NCBI RefSeq assembly: GCF_032444005.1 | Contig: NC_091288.1 | Span: 40,858,001 to 40,922,000, forward strand | DNA length: 64,000 bases | DNA from: Ranitomeya imitator | Taxonomy: Eukaryota | Direction of reading: 5' to 3' | In this document: in pieces, positions 11,383-19,940 of the stretch | Position numbering within the stretch: the stretch's first letter is position 1 | How the letters are laid out: the number at the start of each line of letters is the position of its first letter | Program-made: the position numbers and the translations under genes | Notes under the pieces: model-generated | Databases searched by the model: none | What the model was told of the DNA's origin: nothing | Seen by the model: only the letters and a program-made list of their open reading frames with translations

Positions 11383-13257
11383 TTGGGCGGCCGTCTTCTC
11401 CTTTTCAGGGACGTCTGGATTTCCGCAGTAGAGGATGCATGGGTCAGGGAAGTTGTATCCTCGGGATACAAAATAGAGTTCGCTTCCCGACCTCGGGATC
11501 GTTTCTTCCAATCCCGTCCTCCAAGAGACCCCGCTCTAGTTCCGGGCTTCTTCTCAGCCATCGCTTCTCTGCTCAAATCCGGGGTAATCGTTCCCGTCCC
11601 AGAAAAAGAACGCTTCACGGGTTTCTACTCGAATCTTTTTGTGGTACCGAAAAAAGACTGCAAAGTTCGCCCCATTCTGGACCTCAAATTGCTGAACAGG
11701 AGAGTTCGCCTGAGACACTTCAGGATGGAATCCCTTCGTTCAGTAATTGCTTCCATGGAGGCTCAGGAGTTTCTATGCTCAATAGATATCCAGGACGCCT
11801 ACCTCCATGTCCCGATATTTCCCGGACATCACCGTTTCCTGCGCTTCGCAGTGCAACGAGATCATTTTCAGTTCGTTGCTCTGCCGTTCGGTCTTGCAAC
11901 CGCGCCAAGAGTGTTCACGAAGATCATGGCGGCGCTGATGGCCATCTTGAGAGTCAGAGGCTTGGTCCTATTTCCATATCTCGACGACATCCTCATCAAG
12001 GCTCCGTCCTTCGCTCAGGCCCACGAAAGCCTGTCCATTGTTCTCGACTCCTTAGCCCGTTTCGGGTGGCTGGTAAACCGGAAGAAGTCCTGCCTTATTC
12101 CTTCTCAGCGCATCATCTTTCTGGGCATGCTTTTCGATACTCGTCAGAGCAGAGTCTTCCTTCCCACAGACAAGAGATCCATTCTCTGTCGGGACATACA
12201 CTTGCTCCAGGGTCCTCGACCTCCCTCCCTCCGTTCGGCCATGAAGATTCTGGGGAGGATGGTAGCTACATTGGAAGCGATTCCCTTCGCCCAATTCCAT
12301 TCGCGACCCCTTCAGCAAGCCATTCTGTCTCAGTGGGACAGGTCGGTCTTCTCCCTGGATCAACCGATCAAACTCTCCTTTCGGGTCAGGCGGTCTCTCA
12401 ACTGGTGGCTGACGTCACCTCTCATCTCCCAGGGCAGGTCCTTCCTTCCGGTTCACTGGCAGGTGGTGACAACGGACGCCAGCCTGCTCGGCTGGGGTGC
12501 GTTTTTTCGCCACCTGACGGTTCAGGGCCGCTGGTCGCTGCAGGAGTCATCTCTGCCGATCAACGTCCTCGAAATTCGGGCCATCTTCCTGTCCCTCCGC
12601 CACTGGGAAAGGATCCTCAGGGGCCTTCCAGTCCGGATCCAGACGGACAACGCCACGGCTGTGGCATATGTCAACCATCAGGGGGGGACTCGGAGCTCCT
12701 TGGCCCTTGCCGAGGTATCCAAGATCCTCCTTTGGGCAGAGGCAACGGTTCCGGTGATATCCGCGGTGCATATCCCCGGCGTGGAAAACTGGGCCGCCGA
12801 CTTCCTCAGCCGCGAGGGCCTCGCGGCAGGGGAATGGTCCTTGCATCCGGAGGTCTTCCATCAGATTTGTCTTCGATGGGGAACTCCGGATGTGGATCTC
12901 ACGGCGTCCCGAGTCAACAGGAAGGCTCCGCAGTTCGTCTCCAGGTCCCGCGATCCTCTCGCAGTGGACGTCGATGCTCTGGCCATTCCTTGGTCACAGT
13001 TCGAGCTGCCCTACCTGTTCCCACCCCTTCCATTACTTCCCAAACTGTTGAAGAAGATCAAAGCGGAAGGGGTGCCGGTCATCCTGATCGCCCCGGATTG
13101 GCCCAGGAGAGCTTGGTTCGCGGAGCTCGTCAACCTTCTCGCGGACGCTCCCTGGCGCCTTCCAGACAGGCCCGATCTGCTGTCCCAGGGTCCGATCTGC
13201 CACCCGAATTCTCGGTCGCTCAGTTTAACGGCGTGGCTGTTGAGACCGCGGTTCTGA
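11383..13257 (+). CDS. DIRS-A pol: reverse transcriptase, RNase H and methyltransferase-like domain. The frame is open further upstream, across the gag stop, and has no ATG near its start
   Basis: GGRL...W N-terminus, RPILDL, LPFGLATAPRVFTK, YLDD; RNase H residues TTDAS, LEIRA, QTDNATAV, AADFLSR; C-terminal DLTAS...YLFPP methyltransferase-like segment. Confidence 0.95.
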   Translation: MGGRLLLFRDVWISAVEDAWVREVVSSGYKIEFASRPRDRFFQSRPPRDPALVPGFFSAIASLLKSGVIVPVPEKERFTGFYSNLFVVPKKDCKVRPILDLKLLNRRVRLRHFRMESLRSVIASMEAQEFLCSIDIQDAYLHVPIFPGHHRFLRFAVQRDHFQFVALPFGLATAPRVFTKIMAALMAILRVRGLVLFPYLDDILIKAPSFAQAHESLSIVLDSLARFGWLVNRKKSCLIPSQRIIFLGMLFDTRQSRVFLPTDKRSILCRDIHLLQGPRPPSLRSAMKILGRMVATLEAIPFAQFHSRPLQQAILSQWDRSVFSLDQPIKLSFRVRRSLNWWLTSPLISQGRSFLPVHWQVVTTDASLLGWGAFFRHLTVQGRWSLQESSLPINVLEIRAIFLSLRHWERILRGLPVRIQTDNATAVAYVNHQGGTRSSLALAEVSKILLWAEATVPVISAVHIPGVENWAADFLSREGLAAGEWSLHPEVFHQICLRWGTPDVDLTASRVNRKAPQFVSRSRDPLAVDVDALAIPWSQFELPYLFPPLPLLPKLLKKIKAEGVPVILIAPDWPRRAWFAELVNLLADAPWRLPDRPDLLSQGPICHPNSRSLSLTAWLLRPRF

Positions 13258-14270
13258 GAGCGTCTGGCCTTTCGGACCGGGTGATTCACACCATGATTCA
13301 GGCTCGGAAGCCTTCGTCTTCCAGGATCTACTACCGCACCTGGAAGGCCTACTTCCGGTGGTGCGAGTCCAACCGCGTTCCGCCTATGGTTTTTTCCCTG
13401 CCTTCTCTTTTGGCCTTCCTTCAGGAAGGACTGGATTCGGGCCTGGCTCTTAGTTCCCTGAAGGGTCAGGTCTCTGCGCTTTCCATCCTCTTTCAGAAGA
13501 CCTTGGCCTCTCGGCCACAGGTTAAGACCTTCTTTCAGGGGGTAGCCCACGCCGTCCCGCCGTACAGGGCCCCTGTGGAGGCATGGGACCTATACCTGGT
13601 ACTGGACGTTCTGAAGGTTTCTCCCTTTGAACCTCTTAGGGAGATTCCTCTATCAGTTTTATCATGGAAGGTAGCCTTTCTTGTGGCCATCACGTCCATT
13701 CGCCGCGTTTCCGAGCTGGCGGCCCTGTCTTGCCGTCCTCCGTTTTTGGTCATTCACCAGGACAAGGTGGTCTTCCGGCCCCCACCTTCTTTTCTTCCTA
13801 AGGTGGTTTCCACCTTCCACCTCAACGAGGACATCGTTCTACCTTCCTTTTGTCCAGCTCCGACTCATCCTCTGGAGCGATCATTGAACAAGCTGGACCT
13901 TGTCAGGGCTGTGAGGATCTATCTGGACAGAACGTCCACTTTCCGGAAGACGGATTCCTTTTTCGTCATTCCTGATGGCACGCGCAGAGGCCAGCCGGCT
14001 TCTAAAGCGACTATTGCTCGATGGATCAGAATGGCAATCTTGGAGGCTTACCGGGTCAAGAACAGAGTGCCCCCTCCTCACTCTACCCGGGCAGTCGGCG
14101 CCTCCTGGGCGGTGCACCACAGGGCTTCCGCCCTACAGCTGTGCAAAGCGGCAACTTGGTCTTCCATCCACACGTTCGCCAAATTTTACAAGGTCCATAC
14201 CTACGCATCGGCGGACGCCAGCCTAGGCAGAAGGATCCTGCAGGCGGCAGTGGTGAGTCCTCTGACCTGA
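11439..14270 (+). CDS. DIRS-A tyrosine recombinase ORF, 943 aa, with a ~600 aa N-terminal extension overlapping pol in another frame
   Basis: SAM-like/core segment YYRTWKAY...GLALSSLKGQVSALS; catalytic motifs SIRRVSEL (R), HSTR (H-x-x-R), WSSIHTFAKFY (W...Y). Confidence 0.93.
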   Translation: MGQGSCILGIQNRVRFPTSGSFLPIPSSKRPRSSSGLLLSHRFSAQIRGNRSRPRKRTLHGFLLESFCGTEKRLQSSPHSGPQIAEQESSPETLQDGIPSFSNCFHGGSGVSMLNRYPGRLPPCPDISRTSPFPALRSATRSFSVRCSAVRSCNRAKSVHEDHGGADGHLESQRLGPISISRRHPHQGSVLRSGPRKPVHCSRLLSPFRVAGKPEEVLPYSFSAHHLSGHAFRYSSEQSLPSHRQEIHSLSGHTLAPGSSTSLPPFGHEDSGEDGSYIGSDSLRPIPFATPSASHSVSVGQVGLLPGSTDQTLLSGQAVSQLVADVTSHLPGQVLPSGSLAGGDNGRQPARLGCVFSPPDGSGPLVAAGVISADQRPRNSGHLPVPPPLGKDPQGPSSPDPDGQRHGCGICQPSGGDSELLGPCRGIQDPPLGRGNGSGDIRGAYPRRGKLGRRLPQPRGPRGRGMVLASGGLPSDLSSMGNSGCGSHGVPSQQEGSAVRLQVPRSSRSGRRCSGHSLVTVRAALPVPTPSITSQTVEEDQSGRGAGHPDRPGLAQESLVRGARQPSRGRSLAPSRQARSAVPGSDLPPEFSVAQFNGVAVETAVLRASGLSDRVIHTMIQARKPSSSRIYYRTWKAYFRWCESNRVPPMVFSLPSLLAFLQEGLDSGLALSSLKGQVSALSILFQKTLASRPQVKTFFQGVAHAVPPYRAPVEAWDLYLVLDVLKVSPFEPLREIPLSVLSWKVAFLVAITSIRRVSELAALSCRPPFLVIHQDKVVFRPPPSFLPKVVSTFHLNEDIVLPSFCPAPTHPLERSLNKLDLVRAVRIYLDRTSTFRKTDSFFVIPDGTRRGQPASKATIARWIRMAILEAYRVKNRVPPPHSTRAVGASWAVHHRASALQLCKAATWSSIHTFAKFYKVHTYASADASLGRRILQAAVVSPLT

Positions 14271-14313
14271 TGGAAGTCTGTTTTTTCCCGCCCTTGGGAC
14301 TGCTTTGGGACGT

Positions 14314-14415
14314 CCCATGGTTCCTGTGTCCCCCAATGAGAGGCGATAGAGAAAACAGGATTTTTGGTTGCTTACCGTAAAATCTGTTTCTTGAAGCCTC
14401 CATTGGGGGACACAG
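14314..14415 (+). repeat. DIRS-A internal complementary region (ICR)
   Basis: The first half is complementary to 8399-8439 (one mismatch) and the second half to the right terminus up to 14700; together they spell the circle junction AATCCTG-TTTT-CTCTATCG. Confidence 0.93.
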
Positions 14416-14526
14416 CTCCCTCCCAATGTTTTTGTTATATGTTCTCTGACTGTTCTCACGTTTACAGTTCTCAAGTTTGTGGTTATGGTTTTTCAACCTT
14501 GTTCTTTCTCCTACTGCTTTCTCACT

Positions 14527-14700
14527 AACTGAAGAGTTTAATGCCAGTCGGTGGGGTGTACACTGCAGAGGAGGAGCTAACTTTTTTATTTGCATAGTGT
14601 CAGCCTCCTAGTGGCAGCAGCATACACCCATGGTTCCTGTGTCCCCCAATGGAGGCTTCAAGAAACAGATTTTACGGTAAGCAACCAAAAATCCTGTTTT
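14527..14700 (+). repeat. DIRS-A right ITR with 3' extension
   Basis: Reverse complement of the left ITR, followed by GAGGCTTCAAGAAACAGATTTTACGGTAAGCAACCAAAAATCCTGTTTT, which matches the ICR. Confidence 0.95.
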
Positions 14701-14833
14701 TCCCATCTGGGAGGTTATATTGTTGTCTGTATGTTGGGAAACACGCTGTTCTCATAATGCCCATCTATTGGAGTCATGAACCGAGGATAGTATACATCTA
14801 GACAATTACTCCCAGCTTAGCATAACGCCTTAA

Positions 14834-15176
14834 AGGGGTATTCCCATCTCCCAGATCCTATCCCAATATATAGTAGGTGTAATAATATTAGCAAATAGCT
14901 CCAATTAGAAATATAGTATAGTTCTGATCTGCTATGTAGCTTACCCCATGTGCAGGGCATTGTAGTAGCTTAGGTACCCATGGTGAAGACCTCAAATATA
15001 ATGAAAGTTGTTAGTGGTCGTAACTATGGATATCTAGGCTAATGCAATGCCCTGCGCATGGGGTAAGTAACATAGCTAATTAGAAGAACTATACATTTCT
15101 AATTGGCGGTCTTTGCTAATATTATTATTACACCTACTTCATACTGAAATAGGATCTCTGAGATGGGAATGCCCCT
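14834..15176. mobile_element. TTAA-flanked MITE (Kolobok/T2-type)
   Basis: TTAA at 14830-14833 and 15177-15180; termini AGGGGTATTCCCATCTC / GAGATGGGAATGCCCCT. Confidence 0.75.
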
Positions 15177-16023
15177 TTAACTCAAAAAGTCAGTTTTTGG
15201 CCAGGTTCAACCAGAATGTGCAGTCTGACTAATCAGTCAATACTGTGCCATATGACCATTTGAACCAAGCCTTAGTCCATTTACTTTTTACAAATGTTCC
15301 TCATTTAGCTACTGCAACAGATCGTAAGACAATGCTCTTGCTTGGAGCAAAGTACAAGAAATGGGTACAGCTGTAACAGAAACGGCTGCTATAAAATAAG
15401 TTAAATTTTGTTCTCAAGATCAATCATCTGAAATGCTCCCTGCCTCTTAATATCCTGCTGGCGGCCTGGGGATGGGATTGTGAGCTGCAGCCTCCTAAAG
15501 ATTGATAGTTCGGGTCATTATCATTGAGCCACTGGTCTGAAATGTGTTCTCTGATGCTGTTAGCAGAGGTTGCTTTGCCTCTGCAGCAGAGGTTGCTTTG
15601 CCTCTACAGCAGAGGTTGCTTTGCCAGAAAGAATAGCTCCTCCCCTGCAGTATACACCCTCCCACCCGTGATTCCTGGGGGGGACCAGCGGCCCTGAGCA
15701 GCGTGATGAAGGAACACCGCTCCCCAGCTTAGAAGACTGGCATCTGTTGTCAGAACTAACCAATGTACTGGAAGAAAGGACTTCCCTTGATTCAGGGAGG
15801 ATTTCAATGTCCACCACCTGAGAGACTGTGTGACTCGCTGGGGAAGGAGGAACTGACGAGGGAGAACGGGTTCCTGTCCCAAACAGCCAAGAGGGCATAC
15901 TGTAGGGGGCGAAGGTGTAATTGAGCAAATGAAACCGCCTCCAAGGCTGCTACCGTCCTGCCGAGAACTCTCATACTGAGGCGCAGAGAGTGAGTGCAGG
16001 GCTGAGAGAGCTTCTCACTGTAA

Positions 16024-16865
16024 GGCCATGTTCACACAGTGCGTTTTTTACTGCGGAACCGCTGCGATTTTGCCGCTGCGGCTCCGCAGCTGTTTTCCAT
16101 GCAGGGTACAGTACACTGTACCCTATGGAAAACAGGAACCACTGTGCACATGATGCGGGAATTAACTAAAAAAGCCGCGCTGAATAGCTGCGGTAAAAAA
16201 GAAGTACCATGTCACTTCTTTTTGCGGAACTGCAGCGGTTCTGCACCCATAGACCTCCATTGTGAGGTCAAACCCGCAGATGAAAAAAATATCTGCGGGT
16301 TTTCTGCGGTTTGTGGTGCAGAACCGCTGCAGTGTGACTGCCCCCCCCCCCCCCCCCCCCCCGTGCCCTCATCTCCCCCCCCCTTATACTTACCCAGCCT
16401 CCCGGTGTCCGTCCGTCCGTCTTCTCCCTGGGCGCCGCCATCTTCCAAAATGGCGGGCGCATGCGCAGTGCGCCCGCCGAATCTGCCGGCAGATTCGTTC
16501 CAAAGTGCATTTTGATCACTGAGATATAACCTATCTCAGTGATCAAAATAAAAAAAAATAGTAAATGACCCCCCCCCCCCCCCCTTTGTCACCCCCATAG
16601 GTAGGGACAATAAAAAAAATAAAGAATTTTTTTTTTTTCCCCACTAAGGTTAGAATAGGGGTAGGGTTAGGGTATTTTCAGCCATTTTAACCCTAAAAAA
16701 CTTCCTAGAAAACACACAGACTCTGCATAGAAAACTGCATTAAAAAAACGCACTAAAAAACGCATCAAAAAACGCACCAAAAACAGGACCTGCGTTTTCT
16801 GCCAAGAGCTGCGGTTTTTAGTGCAGAAAAAACAGCAGGGAAATCAGGAACGTGTGAACATGGCC
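16024..16865. mobile_element. TAA-flanked MITE (PIF/Harbinger, Tourist-like) inserted in DIRS-C pol
   Basis: TAA at 16021-16023 and 16866-16868; TIRs GGCCATGTTCACAC / GTGTGAACATGGCC. Confidence 0.8.
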
Positions 16866-17010
16866 TAAGGCTGGCGTCACACGCTCAGTATTTGGTCAGT
16901 ATTTTACATCAGTATTTGTAAGCCAAAACCAGGAGTGGAACAATTAGAGGAAAAGTATAATAGAAACACGTCACCACTTTTGCATTTATCACCCACTCCT
17001 GGTTTTCACT

Positions 17011-17216
17011 TAGGAGAAAAAAGGATCATCCCCGCGCTGCCGTAAGAAGAATTTCAAAAATTGTAGAGGTTTCAACATGGTTTATTCTAAAATATTTGTG
17101 GTATGTCCTGATGAAGGGGTCACCTGAACCCTGAAACGCGTAGAGTAAACCACGTTGAAACCTCTACAGTTTTTGAAATTCTTATGGCAGCGTGGGGATG
17201 ATCCTTTTTTCTCCTA
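17011..17216. repeat. Penelope-like terminal palindrome nested in the MITE
   Basis: Arms 17011-17089 and 17141-17216 are near-perfect reverse complements; the spacer carries a hammerhead core. Confidence 0.65.
17105..17145 (+). ncRNA. Minimal type I hammerhead ribozyme motif
   Basis: CTGATGA (17108-17114), stem II AGGG/CCCT, GAAA (17133-17136), palindromic ACGCGT stem III, GTA triplet (17140-17142). Stem I has only 2 bp (TC/GA). Confidence 0.6.
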
Positions 17217-18349
17217 TCTGTGCTTCAATCAGGTCCTGCACTGACCTGTGGATCTGCAGCAGCCGCCATTAATATATGTCCTTCCTTCAATCTCACCAGG
17301 TGAGTAGTTCTCTTGGTGGGCAACTTTGTGTAACGTTTGAGAAGACCCTATTCGTGCTTTTGTGTCTCCCTCTTTTCTCCCACTCCTGGTTTTGGCTTAC
17401 AAATACTGATGTAAAATACCAAATACTGCTAGTGTGACGGCAGCCTAAGACTGAGATCTTTTCCTGGGGAAGAAGAACCAACCCCCGGAATGAATCGAGT
17501 ATCATTCCTAGAAAGGAAATTCGCTGAGCCGATACTGGGGAAGATTTTTTGAAGTTTATCTTCCAACCCAGCGAGAAAGAGTATTGTGATGTTCACGGCC
17601 TCCTTGCAGGTGCGGAAAGAGGGGCCTTTGATGAGGATATCGTCTAGATACGGTAGCACCACCACGCCTCGGGTGTGTAGGATGGCCACGGCGGCCGCCA
17701 TGACCTTGGTGAATAACCTGGGAGTGGTGGCGAGGCTGAAGGGCAGAGCAACAAATTGAAAGTGACCTTCCTGAATTGCGAAGCGAAAAAACCTTTGGTG
17801 AGAAGGTAAAATAGGAATGTGGAGGTACGTGTCCTGGATGTCTATAGACGCCAGGAACTCGCCTTTTTCATTGGAGCCGATGACAAAACTAAGCGATTCC
17901 ATCCGGAACCATCGCGCCCTGACAAACTTGTTCAGCAGTTTTAGGTCCAGTATGGGCCGTACTGTACCGTCCTTTGGAACAATGAAGAGGTTTGAATAAA
18001 AACCTTGAAACCTTTCGTTTTGAGGGACCGGAATAATAACTTCGTCTTTTCTCAGGGAGTTATAGCTTGGAAGAACTCTGATGCTTTTGCCCTGGAAGGA
18101 GAAGACAGGAAAAAACGATTTGGTGGAAGAGAGGAGAATTTTATCTTGTATCCGGAGGACACTAGGTCGCGGACCCATTCATCGTGAACGACCGAGAGCC
18201 ACGCGTCGCTGAAGGAAAGCAGGCAGCCGCCTACTTTGAGGGTGTCCTCCGGATACCGCAGGGAGTCATTGTGTGGGAGACCTGCCCGGTCTGGACCCCT
18301 GGATCCTGACTGCCTAGGCCTGTCTCTCCATGAAGGGGAAGGTTTGTAA

Positions 18350-18737
18350 GGGTATGTGTCCACGATCAGGATGGCCGGCGGTATCGTCGGAGCGGCTTTG
18401 CCGCTCTGCGGTAAGCCCCGCCCCCTTCTGGGACGCGATGATGCCGGATGTGTTCACAGCACACATCCGGCATCATCGCACACCAGACATAGGGCCCTGT
18501 GCTATATCTTGCGGCGACGCAGCGTTGCCGCAAGATATACGGACATGCTGCTATCTGAAAAGACGCGCAGCATGTCCGGAGTCGCAGGGCCGCCGCGTGC
18601 GTGTTACCACGCATAGTGGAGACGGGATTTCATTAAATCCCCTCCACTATGCTGTAACATCTGGACGCTGCGTGTCTGACGCTGCGGCTCTATGCAGCAT
18701 CAGACACGCAGCGTTTCCTGCACGTGGAAACATACCC
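18350..18737. mobile_element. TAA-flanked MITE inserted in the 3' end of DIRS-C gag
   Basis: TAA at 18347-18349 and 18738-18740; TIRs GGGTATGTGTCCACG / CGTGGAAACATACCC; removing it restores the gag sequence QTSYKPSPSW. Confidence 0.82.
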
Positions 18738-19940
18738 TAAGAGGTCTGGGGACCTCTATCCCTACGTTGTGCCCGGCCGGGTCCGGAAGATGTGGAAGTA
18801 GAGGACCAATTTGAGTTGGACCGAAAAAATCGGGACTGAGCCTGCTGCTGCTGGTTCCGAAAGGTTCTCTGTTGTAGAAAAAATTTACTCTTCCCTCCAG
18901 TGGCGTCGGAAATTAATTGGTCGAGCTTTTCGCCAAAAAGGTGACCGCTCTGATATGGAAGAGAAGTCAATGACTTTTCTCCTTCGCCACATTGGGGGAC
19001 ACTGGACCACGGGGTGTTATGCTGCTGTCACTAGGAGGCTGACACTAAGCTGAGACAAAAAAAGGTTAGCTCCTCCCCTGCAGTATACACCCTCATGCTG
19101 GCTTCCAGAGACCCAGTTCAAGCTTAGTGTCCGTAGGAGGCACACTGATTTTTACTTTCTATCCGGACGAAGGGGGCGACGGATTCTTTCATGTTCCGAT
19201 CTCCCCCAAACCAACAACAGGCGAGCACGGGAGTTTCACCTCTCCGTATCCTCTCCTGCGACGAGGGAGCCACTGCCTGAGCTGACCCTTTTGGGCGACG
19301 GTCCCTTTCACGGGCGCCGATCTCCCCACGTAGTACAGACGAGCACTGGTGTTTTACCTCCAGTATCCTCTTCTGCAGCCAGGCCTTTTTATTGCCGGAC
19401 ATCAGCCCTGTCCACCAGGTTTCACCCTCGGCTGTACAGAGGCACTGTAAATTCGATGAAACAAGAAAAGGTTCTGCGGTTCGGAGGGCTCTCTCTTAGT
19501 GGTGGCACACATTTTTCCGGGCCCCTTATATTCCGGCCATCAGCGGCCGAGCGCCGGGCCGAAGCCGAAAATTTAGTCCCCGGCTTCGGCCTAGCACAGG
19601 CCGCATCCCGATAGGCTCCGCCCCCCATTTTGCGTCATTATACGGCGCCGCCCCCTGGTCCTGGCGCTTCTCGCTCTCTGCGAGATCTCCTCTCCCCACT
19701 CTCGGCGGCCATCTTGGATTTTCCCTCTGCACGCCGCAGCTCCTGCTCCAGCCGCAGCTACCCACACGTGCAGCGTTTTCTCCGTCAACTGTCGCCAGCA
19801 GGACCTGGTATGCCGCCGCCTCTTCTCTCTCTCTGCGGGACACAGGACCTCGGGTAAGGAGACCACGTTAGGTTCTCCCCTGCAGCGCCGCCCTAGCTTC
19901 CTTAGATTCAGACCCGGTCTATCTTACATTAGGGTGCACC

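Larger units (their letters stand above)
8399..14700 (+). mobile_element. DIRS-A: full-length DIRS1-type tyrosine-recombinase retrotransposon
   Basis: Left ITR 8399-8539, right ITR plus 3' extension 14527-14700, internal complementary region 14314-14415, gag, RT-RH-MT and YR ORFs, T-run ends and no classical TSD. Confidence 0.97.
16869..17445. mobile_element. Second TAA-flanked MITE abutting the first; a sister copy lies at 44925-45317
   Basis: TAA at 16866-16868 and 17446-17448; long TIRs GGCTGGCGTCACAC...CAGTATTTGTAAGCCAAAACCAGGAGTGG and the reverse complement. Confidence 0.8.

Noticed and set aside
11383-14270. Phage- or bacteria-like recombinase and methyltransferase as contamination or recent gene transfer
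   Set aside because: They are standard parts of DIRS retrotransposons, bounded by ITR/ICR structure and embedded in vertebrate synteny.
15560-15628. Three copies of GCAGAGGTTGCTTTGCC next to the broken end of DIRS-C
   Set aside because: A short local tandem duplication with no further structure; probably a slippage or repair scar.
18052-18363. Apparent natural Gag-Pol fusion in DIRS-C (YKPSPSW...HNDSLRYP in one frame)
   Set aside because: Alignment with A and B shows 59 rather than 60 nt between the PSW Trp and the stop, i.e. a 1-bp loss (GGT-CC-AGA versus GGT-TCC-AGA) in a copy with several other frameshifts; treated as decay.
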